This document shows positions 9,781 through 17,488 of a DNA stretch of 64,000 nucleotides, in pieces. A program made the position numbers and the translations under genes. The notes beneath the pieces were generated by a model that was not told the DNA's origin, made no database searches, and was given only the letters and a program-made list of their open reading frames with translations. How positions within the stretch are numbered: the first letter of the stretch is position 1; the number at the start of each line of letters is the position of its first letter. This stretch comes from Bernardetiaceae bacterium (GTDB lineage Bacteria; Bacteroidota; Bacteroidia; Cytophagales; Thermoflexibacteraceae). Location: NCBI GenBank assembly GCA_025056255.1, contig JANWVT010000006.1:118981-182980 (forward strand), read 5' to 3'.

Positions 9781-10112
9781 CATGTTTAGGTTTCAGGGGC
9801 AAATATTAGAACCTAAATTAGGTTAGACAGGATGGCAGGATTTTGTAGCTGAAAAATAACCTTGCTACAGGAATTTGGAATTTGGGGTTCGGAATTTGGA
9901 ATTTTTTCCGCCCTCCACAATCTCACATTCGAAATTTGGAGTTCGGAGTTTGAATTGCGAAATTTTCGCCATCTATATTCCAAAATCTTTTTGTCATTGC
10001 ATGTATCTCTACGCGCGGTTAAGGGTTGTTTGTGAGAACACAAACAAGGACAAGCTTGTATGCATGAATATGACTTTGGCAAAACTGACCTTACAAAAAA
10101 CCAAACAACTAT
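9781..10112 (+). repeat. Composite intergenic repeat element, copy C (left arm with hairpins, heptads, one core at 9908-9936 plus a degenerate core, nested REP-like hairpin, right arm)
   Basis: Aligned by eye to 49981-50321. Shared modules are CATGTTTAGGTTT..CAGGGGCAA..AACCTAA, GACAGGATGGCAG, GTAGCTGAAAAA[TC]AACCTTGCTAC, the heptads/core and ATGCAT..GGCAAAA..ACCTTACAAAAAAC. Confidence 0.85.
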
Positions 10113-10141
10113 CTAAATGTTCGGTTTTCAAGAGTAGTTTT

Positions 10142-11590
10142 TTATGATGCGTTGAGTATTTGCTCTACTTCTTTAACAGCGCGTTCAGCTGATTGTGCTG
10201 CTCCTTCCATACCCGTATGAGTGAAACAAGTGTGTTCGCCAGCAAAACATATCTTACCTGCTGGTTTTGCCAAGTGCGGAACCCACTTGCCAATTTGCCC
10301 GGGTGCGTACTGATGATAAGCACCGCCGTTGAGCGGATTGTTGCCCCATGAGTTCATGTATAATATTTCGAGGTGTCCTTTGGAAGCGGGTCGCAATTTT
10401 GCCATTTCTGACAATACGAAGGCGCGCGCCTGTTCTGAGGGCAACTTGTCAAAGTTGGCAGCCTCGTTGCCTACCATCCAAGAAGTAAGCCGTTCTACCT
10501 CGCCTTTTTCATTATAAGTTGCAAAAATGCGCCCCAGTGGGCTATCTGTCCACATAGCGGGAGGCATTTTATCTTCTTCCCAAAATGGCGCTGTAGGGCG
10601 CATGTGCACTTGTGAGATAGGAATATAAGGCATGTTGGCAATAGCATCTTGTTGTAAACTGGGCAACGGAGTAAGAAATTCTACTTGTCGCAAAGCTGGG
10701 AAGGGCAACGTGCAAATGACTGCACGAGCAACGTATCGGCTGCCATCGGAACAATAAATTTCTACTCGTTTTTTCTTTTGTACGATTCGCTTCACAATTT
10801 TGCCTGTTTCCGGAGCTTGTTTGAGCTTTGCTGCAACTGCCTGCGGCAAGCGACTGCTCCCTCCTTCAATGCGCAAGGTAGTAGTGCTGCCGCCAATGAT
10901 GCGCAAACTTAGGCTGCGCAATACGTGCAAGGCAGACGTGCGATGTACACCATGAATGTTAGCATTGACATCTATGAGGCGAATGGCTTCGTCCGATGCA
11001 CCTTTTTGGCGTAAAAAGTCAGCATAGGGAATATCTAAGGATTGAAAATTGCCACTGTACCACTCGTCTAACTGCTTAAAAGGGATATTTTTCATGGTGT
11101 AGTGGCTTTCCAACAAGGGGGGCAACAATTTTTTTTCTGCTTCTGCCAATAAGTTGCAGTCTGAGGCATGCCAATTTTGTGTACTGATAGCTTTTCCCCT
11201 AACAAAGAGAGTAAGTTCGCGCGCTTGGGGGGGAGCAGGAGGATGCGCAACAATGGCAACGCCAACTTTTTCAGCCAGCCCTATGATAGACTGGTAGCCA
11301 TTGCCCACTTCAATGCCACCTACTTCCGGTCTTCCTGGAATGTTATCTAAGGTAAACAAGCGTCCTCCAAGTCGATTAGCCCCTTCTAATACGCCTACAG
11401 AGTAGCCTTTTTCTTGGAGTTGCAATGCGGCATACAAACCTGCAATGCCGCCACCTAATACCATCACATCGGTGCGGGTGTCGGCTGCCCAATGCCCCAT
11501 AAAATCGGGTGCAAACAAAAGCGCCGAGCCCGAGATGCCTACTTGGCGGATAAATTCGCGCCGTCCTTGAAGTGTAGAAGATGTTTTCAT
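10142..11590 (-). CDS. Flavin-dependent amine oxidase (monoamine / L-amino-acid oxidase family) with Tat-type signal
   Basis: 482 aa. Twin-arginine N-terminus RREFIRQVGISGSALLFA, FAD fold VLGGGIAGLYAA...VLEGANRLGGR and C-terminal FAGEHT. Confidence 0.8.
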   Translation of the reverse strand: MKTSSTLQGRREFIRQVGISGSALLFAPDFMGHWAADTRTDVMVLGGGIAGLYAALQLQEKGYSVGVLEGANRLGGRLFTLDNIPGRPEVGGIEVGNGYQSIIGLAEKVGVAIVAHPPAPPQARELTLFVRGKAISTQNWHASDCNLLAEAEKKLLPPLLESHYTMKNIPFKQLDEWYSGNFQSLDIPYADFLRQKGASDEAIRLIDVNANIHGVHRTSALHVLRSLSLRIIGGSTTTLRIEGGSSRLPQAVAAKLKQAPETGKIVKRIVQKKKRVEIYCSDGSRYVARAVICTLPFPALRQVEFLTPLPSLQQDAIANMPYIPISQVHMRPTAPFWEEDKMPPAMWTDSPLGRIFATYNEKGEVERLTSWMVGNEAANFDKLPSEQARAFVLSEMAKLRPASKGHLEILYMNSWGNNPLNGGAYHQYAPGQIGKWVPHLAKPAGKICFAGEHTCFTHTGMEGAAQSAERAVKEVEQILNAS

Positions 11591-12252
11591 AGTGCAGGTT
11601 CAAATTTTTTCAGGTCAGTTTCTACTAATCGATTAATCAGTTCCTTACCTTCGGGCGAAATAATGATAAATCTTGCAGAGGCTTTTACCGGACCGATGCC
11701 TTTGGCAAAATAATAGACATTGATGCTGCGGGCTTGCCTTCCGTCGGAAAAAGTCCAATGTGTGCTGAAATCAACGCGCATACATTGTGCATAGTGTTGC
11801 CCATTGCTAACCGTAACATCTTCAAAACCAACGATTTTTTGACGCAGCGAAAAAGTGCCTTCGGTGATGCGTCCGTCAGTTTCGTATTTTTGGAAGGGAG
11901 TTGTAATTTGTAACGAGTCGCCCTTGCGCAAGCGGGCAGCAAACCAGTAAAAGGGTTGTTGAAAAACAACCTTGGAGCGGTCGTTGAAAATTTCTCCTCC
12001 GTACAGAATTCCTCTTTTGCGGTCAAATCGGAGCACTTTAGCAGCATTGGTAGCATCGTAATGCCAAACTGTTGCGGGTGTTTCACCACGTTCAATGCGC
12101 GAAATGTAATCAGGCTTATCGGGGGGCGGTGTGTACGTCCAACGTGTACCTGGGCGGAGTGGGTAATAATCTGCAATGCGCACCTTTTGGGCGCCTACGT
12201 CAAAGGGTGGAAGTAGGGAAATGCATACAACAAATAGGCATACTATTTTCAT
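11587..12252 (-). CDS. Hypothetical secreted protein, translationally coupled to the amine oxidase
   Basis: 221 aa. Signal peptide MKIVCLFVVCISLLPPFDVGAQ. ATGA overlap with the oxidase start. I recognise no family. Confidence 0.55.
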   Translation of the reverse strand: MKIVCLFVVCISLLPPFDVGAQKVRIADYYPLRPGTRWTYTPPPDKPDYISRIERGETPATVWHYDATNAAKVLRFDRKRGILYGGEIFNDRSKVVFQQPFYWFAARLRKGDSLQITTPFQKYETDGRITEGTFSLRQKIVGFEDVTVSNGQHYAQCMRVDFSTHWTFSDGRQARSINVYYFAKGIGPVKASARFIIISPEGKELINRLVETDLKKFEPAL

Positions 12253-12377
12253 ATCTTCCCAATTTATGGGAAAGATAAGAAATTGTTGCCTAAAAAGTTA
12301 ATGAAGTTAACTGATTTTCAAACAACCCACGGGGCGCTATGGCGCAGCCTGCTTCAAGTTATGAGATAAGTCAGGAT

Positions 12378-12509
12378 TTATCCGCGTGTTAGTTTGTTTT
12401 CTTTCACAGGGGCATTCTGCTTGGCATAAGTGGGGCAGGTTTTGTAGGCGCAAGAAGCCATTAACGTGATACCCAATAGCAAACAAGCAAGCAATCCTTT
12501 GGTTTTCAT
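12378..12509 (-). CDS. Possible 43-aa lipoprotein (speculative small ORF)
   Basis: Own translation: MKTKGLLACLLLGITLMASCAYKTCPTYAKQNAPVKENKLTRG. It has a lipobox-like LMASC. It is below the ORF-track size cutoff, in a different frame from the 86-aa track ORF. Confidence 0.35.
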   Translation of the reverse strand: MKTKGLLACLLLGITLMASCAYKTCPTYAKQNAPVKENKLTRG

Positions 12510-12553
12510 AAGCATTTGTTTTTAAATGTATGGACTCAAATATAGTTCCAAAC

Positions 12554-13534
12554 TCAATATACAAGCAAGTTGCAGCCGCGAACGTCGCTATTGTCATAAC
12601 GTCCTAAAACGCGAAATGTTGCGTTGCCGACTTGCTGTCCAATGTCTTGGGTTTCGATGAAGCAACAAGAGTCAATATTAGCCAGGTCAATCACATTAAT
12701 ACCGCCTATATTGCGTTCAGCAGGCGAGAAGGGGTCGTTGAGGTCGCGCAGTAAGATGCGCACTTGTGGCGGTGTTTGAAACACGTCGGAGTTGATAGCA
12801 TAGCACTGAGAAAGTAGCTCGGTCATCCCATATTCAGAATGTACTTGGCAAGCAAAAGCACGGCGCAGTTGGTCGTGTACCTCTTGCCGAACTATTTCAC
12901 GACGGCGTCCTTTCATACCACCTGTTTCCATCACAATCAGGTCGGGTAAGGGCATAGGAAAATGTTCGGCAAAATCTAACAGCGCATAGGTTACCCCTAA
13001 TAAAATGATTTTTTTGCCCTTGTTGTATGTTTTTTGAATGGTTTGAGCAAGTTCTTGGAAGTTATGTAAAAAAAATCCTGATGGCTTTGCGGTGCTTTGC
13101 ATAAAATGTTCAGCCATAAACACTAGTGAGGAATTGCCTTTTTCTAAGTAAGAAGGAAGCAAGGCAAACAAGTGGTAGTTGGCAAGGTTGCCGTAAAAAT
13201 ATTCAAAAATGCGGCGAGCATTGAGGCTGTAAAATGTGGGGTCGGCTATATAATGTCGGCTGTTGAGGCTACCTGTTGTGCCGCTGCTTTCGAAAACTAT
13301 TTGGGCTTCTGCTCCATGGCTACTAATGCGATGATGCTTAAAAAAATCAATAGGCATAAAAGGTATTTGTTGAAGACTATGTACCTTGGCAACATCTACG
13401 CGCAGGGCAGCGAGGTACTGGGCATATACCTTGCATTGAACGGCTTGGTAGCGGAAAGCTGCTAACGCCATTGCCTCAAAATGCTCTGGGCTAATATGCT
13501 GTAAACTTGTTTTAAATCTTTGCGTAAATTGCAT
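12554..13534 (-). CDS. LuxE/PaaK-like acyl-protein synthetase (adenylate-forming) family protein
   Basis: 326 aa. The AMP-forming motif SSGTTG and overall N-terminal pattern (Q...YAQYL...IPFMPI.FFK) resemble the LuxE-like proteins common in Bacteroidota. Confidence 0.6.
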   Translation of the reverse strand: MQFTQRFKTSLQHISPEHFEAMALAAFRYQAVQCKVYAQYLAALRVDVAKVHSLQQIPFMPIDFFKHHRISSHGAEAQIVFESSGTTGSLNSRHYIADPTFYSLNARRIFEYFYGNLANYHLFALLPSYLEKGNSSLVFMAEHFMQSTAKPSGFFLHNFQELAQTIQKTYNKGKKIILLGVTYALLDFAEHFPMPLPDLIVMETGGMKGRRREIVRQEVHDQLRRAFACQVHSEYGMTELLSQCYAINSDVFQTPPQVRILLRDLNDPFSPAERNIGGINVIDLANIDSCCFIETQDIGQQVGNATFRVLGRYDNSDVRGCNLLVY

Positions 13535-13568
13535 ACGAAAGTTTGACTATTAAACCCAAAAATATTCC

Positions 13569-14126
13569 ATGCTACTTAGAAAAATCTTGTTGGCTTGCTT
13601 TTGTGTGGTTGTTTTGTCTGGCTGCTTTCGCGAACCAGACTATTCGGTGGTGCCGGAAATAGCGTTTCAAAATATAGTGGTAAGACCAGCTCGGTTCCCT
13701 CAAACAGATTCGATTGCTATTTTCATTACTTACAGGGATGGAGATGGCGACTTAGGGCTAAGCGACCAAGACATCAATCCGCCATTTAACATTACCAACT
13801 CCGATGGTACCCCTAATCGGTTTTACTACAACTACTGGATTAACATATTCAAAAAAGAGCGTGGACGATTTGTTCGGGTTGTGTTTACTGACCCAAGTGT
13901 AACGCTCAACGGACGTTTTCCGCGCCTTAACAACTTGCCCAGTCGCACTGCCATAGAAGGTAGCTTGCGCTACGGGTTCAACCTGTTCTATGCTTTTGCC
14001 GATGCGTATCGTCCTCGAATTAGTCGCGGCGACACCGTGCGTTTTGAAGTCCAACTGGTTGACAGGCAACTGAATTTGAGCAATATTGTACAAACCGATG
14101 AAATAGTTATTGGACAAGTTAGATAA
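13569..14126 (+). CDS. Hypothetical lipoprotein
   Basis: 185 aa. Lipobox VVLSGC. No family recognised. Confidence 0.55.
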   Translation: MLLRKILLACFCVVVLSGCFREPDYSVVPEIAFQNIVVRPARFPQTDSIAIFITYRDGDGDLGLSDQDINPPFNITNSDGTPNRFYYNYWINIFKKERGRFVRVVFTDPSVTLNGRFPRLNNLPSRTAIEGSLRYGFNLFYAFADAYRPRISRGDTVRFEVQLVDRQLNLSNIVQTDEIVIGQVR

Positions 14127-14223
14127 ATATTCCAATAAAATCTGGCTTTCATGTTTGTTTTTGTACATTTTGATATTAGATTTGTCTAATATTGATGCTC
14201 ATTCTTTTTTGGATTTACCCATC

Positions 14224-15159
14224 ATGGAAGATTTCAATAGAATTATTGAGTCGCTGAGTGTGCGTTTTATCCGTTGTAGGCACTTAGATATTTTGCAGTC
14301 TGTTACTGTAAGCAATGCCTACGATGTGGAAAATACGCTGATTGTAGTAGGGGAAGACTCTACTATAACGCTGGAGTCAACACTGGAAACAGCCTACGCC
14401 GATGATATATTATTCATTCCAGCAGGTAGAGCTTGTCATATTACGTTTGGCATGCGCGACCGAGCTATTCGCATTGGCAATGAAGAGTTTATTCACAATC
14501 GGGAGCAGTATTTTCGCAAACATGTTCCCACAGAACAGCTCAAAAACGGAATTAGATTTCAGAATTATCTTCACATCAATTTTGAAGCAAAAGTATTCGA
14601 TTCAGTAAGTTTCTTCAATTCCTTAGATATTCCTCCGTTCCTCATTAGAGGAAACAAATATCTGCTGCAAATTACTCGCGAAATAGCGCGTGAAAGCCAA
14701 ACCCATGCGCCCGGAAGGGAACGTGTTATCCAGTTACAAACCAATTTGTTAGCTATTGCTATTATTCGCCACATACTCGAAAGCAACCAGTTTGTTGAAA
14801 AATTAGCGACAAACAACACGTATTTCCGCGATCCGCGACTGATTGATATTTTTACATATATCAAAAATAATTTAAGCGGCGATTTGTCTAACCGCGTATT
14901 GGCAAAAGTTGCTAATGTATCGGAAGATTACGTTGGGCAGTATTTCAAAATGTTAACCGGAATCAATCCACAAGACTACATTGAGTATCAACGGATGGAA
15001 ATGGCAGTCAAATTGTTGCGTACCACCAAAAAAAGCATTCGTGCCATTGGCAATGAGGTGGGCTACAAAGATACTGCTTATTTCTGCCGTCGTTTCAAGA
15101 TGATGTTTGGTATTCCGGCAGGTAAGATGCGTCGTCGTGAAAGTCTGTTGAACATATAA
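14224..15159 (+). CDS. AraC family transcriptional regulator
   Basis: The C-terminal double HTH is YVGQYFKMLTGINPQDYI...IRAIGNEVGYKDTAYFCRRFKMMFG. Start moved to Met39 of the track ORF. Confidence 0.8.
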   Translation: MEDFNRIIESLSVRFIRCRHLDILQSVTVSNAYDVENTLIVVGEDSTITLESTLETAYADDILFIPAGRACHITFGMRDRAIRIGNEEFIHNREQYFRKHVPTEQLKNGIRFQNYLHINFEAKVFDSVSFFNSLDIPPFLIRGNKYLLQITREIARESQTHAPGRERVIQLQTNLLAIAIIRHILESNQFVEKLATNNTYFRDPRLIDIFTYIKNNLSGDLSNRVLAKVANVSEDYVGQYFKMLTGINPQDYIEYQRMEMAVKLLRTTKKSIRAIGNEVGYKDTAYFCRRFKMMFGIPAGKMRRRESLLNI

Positions 15160-15167
15160 CAGCAGGT

Positions 15168-15761
15168 ATGAAGGTTTCCAATCGGATAGTGCTACAGTTG
15201 GCTATATGGCTAATGGCGGTTGCTTTTTTTGCTGCTTGTCAATCGCTTCGGCAGATGCAAAACTTTGCGCGCTGTGCTTTTCGCCTAGAAAGTTTGAGCC
15301 GATTTACTGCTGCTGGCATAGATTTCTCAGGCAAGCGGAGCTTAAGTGACTTTAATTTTACCGACGCTGCCAAAATTACAGCTGCTCTGAGTGGCAATAA
15401 TCCCTTTATTTTTAGCTTTCTTGCTAATGTAGAAGTGAAAAACCCCAATGCAGAAGCTGCATCGGTTACGCAATTAGATTGGATATTAGCCATAGACGGC
15501 AAGGATATTCTACAAGGGGCTGTTAATACTCCGGTGCAAGTAGCTCCTAATGGCATGGCTATCATGCCCGTATCGGTCAGTTTAGATTTGAAAAAAATAT
15601 TTGCTGGCGAAAATCGCGATGCATGGCTGGGCTTTGCGTTTGATACAGTAACTAAGGGCAATAACAGCACTCGCATTACATTGAAAGTGAGACCGTACGT
15701 TAATATAATGGGTTTTTCAGTTCCTTATCCCGGATACATGGCTATTGGAAAAGATTTCTAA
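15168..15761 (+). CDS. LEA_2 (late-embryogenesis-abundant type 2 / WHy-like) family lipoprotein
   Basis: 197 aa. Signal plus Cys (FFAAC). The LDWILAIDGKDILQG...PNG pattern is typical of the LEA14-like fold. Confidence 0.55.
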   Translation: MKVSNRIVLQLAIWLMAVAFFAACQSLRQMQNFARCAFRLESLSRFTAAGIDFSGKRSLSDFNFTDAAKITAALSGNNPFIFSFLANVEVKNPNAEAASVTQLDWILAIDGKDILQGAVNTPVQVAPNGMAIMPVSVSLDLKKIFAGENRDAWLGFAFDTVTKGNNSTRITLKVRPYVNIMGFSVPYPGYMAIGKDF

Positions 15762-17177
15762 TCAAATGAGCGTAAGTTTCTTATTGATTTCTACTGCCAT
15801 TGCCTCTTGGCGAAGTTCTTTTTTAAGAGATTTTACGTATTCTATCACCTCATCTAAGTGACGGTTCATGTCGCTATGCGTAACGTAAGTGTACACTACG
15901 TAAACTGTTTCCTCTACTAACCCTGCTTGTTCGCTGTTCCAAACACCTTTTGCTTGTTTGCTGGTAGCTCCACCAAACCGCTCGGCTAAAAAATTCAGCG
16001 TTCGCTCTACGTAGGGCTTTGTGTCAATAGCTTTGTTGACATCAATGGTAGTGGGTATAAAAATGCCGATATTGTTGCTGCGCTCCAAACGGTCTATTAG
16101 CACTTCAAAAATATTTTGCAATACTGCCGGAACGAGCGGTTTGTCATTTTTTCCAAGTTTGACTGACGGAAAATCGGGTATGAACGGCACGTAAAAATCG
16201 GTTTGTGTATCGGCGGGATATGGTTGTAACGCTTCACTGGCGCTATTGACAAGAGTGTAGATTTGCACTTCGTCGCGGCGAATATGCTTGCGCAACAAGT
16301 TTTGTACGTGATTGAGTTGAGCGTCTTTCACCTTGTCGGGCGGAATAAGCAGGATAATTTGCTTGACGTAGTCTAATAACATGATTACATCTCGGTCAAG
16401 GTTGCCATCCATGTCCTCATCGGGGGATTCGTTCAAGGTGACGATAATATTTTCATAGTCGTTGATTATATAGTCGAGCACGAAGGAGGTTTTTACCTCA
16501 TCGGGGAGGGCAGGGTCGTCTAATGAGATGAGGAAGTCGCAGCCATTCTTGTTTTTGTACACTTTGGTGCGTTTTTCGAGCCCTAAGTCGGTAATGAGTT
16601 TTTGCGGCACAGGATATTCGGTGTAAACTGTGCGGGTGTTCGTTTTTTCAGCTAACGTGTTAGCTAATAGTACGCCAATACTAGTGGCACCTTGCCCGCC
16701 AAAGACATTGATAATCAGAATCATACGAGCTCTGGAAGAGCGCGCCATACGTCGGTTGGCATCTAATAAGTAACGCCCTAACATTTTTGCCAATTCAATG
16801 GCAACAATTGGGTACTGATAAAGAATATCCATGAAATGCTCGCGCTTGATAACGCGTACATCTACATCGGTTACTGCTTTTACGGTTGCTGAGCGTGGCT
16901 GATTCTCCAAAATACCTACCTCACCGAAGGTATTGCCCGGCATCAGATAGGCTAAGGTTTGCATTTCATGGTTGGCACCTAGGCGTTGTACTGCCACAAT
17001 GCCGTTGGTAATTACATAGAGGCTGTCGCTGGGGTCGCCTTGCCAAACAATAGTTTCGTCGGGAAAAAATTGCCGCAATTTGGTTTTAGCCGCTACTGTA
17101 TGCAATATGTCCTTAGGTAGTTGTTTAAACAAAGCCGATTGGCGCAATGCTGCAACTGCATTTTGTTCTGTTCTCAT
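15762..17177 (-). CDS. Cyclic-nucleotide-binding domain protein fused to a degenerate ParA/MinD-like domain and an unassigned C-terminal domain
   Basis: 471 aa. The CAP-type cNMP domain has FGEVGILENQPRSATVKA. The ParA-like segment is ILIINVFGGQGATSIGVLLAN, with Walker A lysines replaced. The C-terminal part is ERFGGATSKQAKGVWNSEQ...VYVVYTYV. Confidence 0.8.
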   Translation of the reverse strand: MRTEQNAVAALRQSALFKQLPKDILHTVAAKTKLRQFFPDETIVWQGDPSDSLYVITNGIVAVQRLGANHEMQTLAYLMPGNTFGEVGILENQPRSATVKAVTDVDVRVIKREHFMDILYQYPIVAIELAKMLGRYLLDANRRMARSSRARMILIINVFGGQGATSIGVLLANTLAEKTNTRTVYTEYPVPQKLITDLGLEKRTKVYKNKNGCDFLISLDDPALPDEVKTSFVLDYIINDYENIIVTLNESPDEDMDGNLDRDVIMLLDYVKQIILLIPPDKVKDAQLNHVQNLLRKHIRRDEVQIYTLVNSASEALQPYPADTQTDFYVPFIPDFPSVKLGKNDKPLVPAVLQNIFEVLIDRLERSNNIGIFIPTTIDVNKAIDTKPYVERTLNFLAERFGGATSKQAKGVWNSEQAGLVEETVYVVYTYVTHSDMNRHLDEVIEYVKSLKKELRQEAMAVEINKKLTLI

Positions 17178-17246
17178 TGGAAAATCAAGAATAGCAACAC
17201 ACGCTAACTAAATTAACCGATTTTAATGAAGAGCAAAAAAATAACT

Positions 17247-17278
17247 AAAAAAACGCCGACTGCTTGTTGCAACCGGCG
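17247..17278 (-). terminator. Weak intrinsic terminator after the small ORF
   Basis: On the minus strand, a 5-bp GC stem (17254-17258 / 17274-17278) is followed by a T7 run (A-run 17247-17253 on +). Confidence 0.4.
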
Positions 17279-17300
17279 CAGCGTTACAAGAAAAGGAAGC

Positions 17301-17414
17301 TTACTTGTTAGAGGTAACCTCTGTGGTGTTTTTAGTGTTTGTTCCTTGGCGGTAAAACGCCACAAAAACAAGCATTGCGCCAATGCAAAGAAGAAGCAGT
17401 AGCTTTTTCATCAT
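17301..17414 (-). CDS. Possible 37-aa hydrophobic peptide / small membrane protein (speculative)
   Basis: Own translation: MMKKLLLLLCIGAMLVFVAFYRQGTNTKNTTEVTSNK. It lies between der and the cNMP gene and is followed by a terminator-like hairpin. Confidence 0.35.
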   Translation of the reverse strand: MMKKLLLLLCIGAMLVFVAFYRQGTNTKNTTEVTSNK

Positions 17415-17488
17415 TTTTCCTAATTATGTAGTTGTAAGTAGGTTGAAAAATGCCATTACGAAAGTAGGCATTTTTTTGTGAAAAGCAA

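Noticed and set aside
9813-10147. ORFs of 89 and 90 aa inside repeat copy C (and likewise 50010-50342 and 50074-50256 in copy B)
   Set aside because: This is the same repeat-driven artefact. The translations mirror the heptad/core sequence.
11685-12176. Alternative 163-aa frame on the minus strand within the hypothetical gene upstream of the amine oxidase
   Set aside because: The 221-aa frame has a signal peptide and a coupled ATGA junction with the oxidase. The 163-aa product looks random.
12554-13534. LuxE-like acyl-protein synthetase as part of a bioluminescence or fatty-aldehyde system
   Set aside because: No luxC, luxD or luxAB-like genes are nearby. Solitary LuxE-like genes are, to my knowledge, common in Bacteroidota, so this is not unusual in itself.
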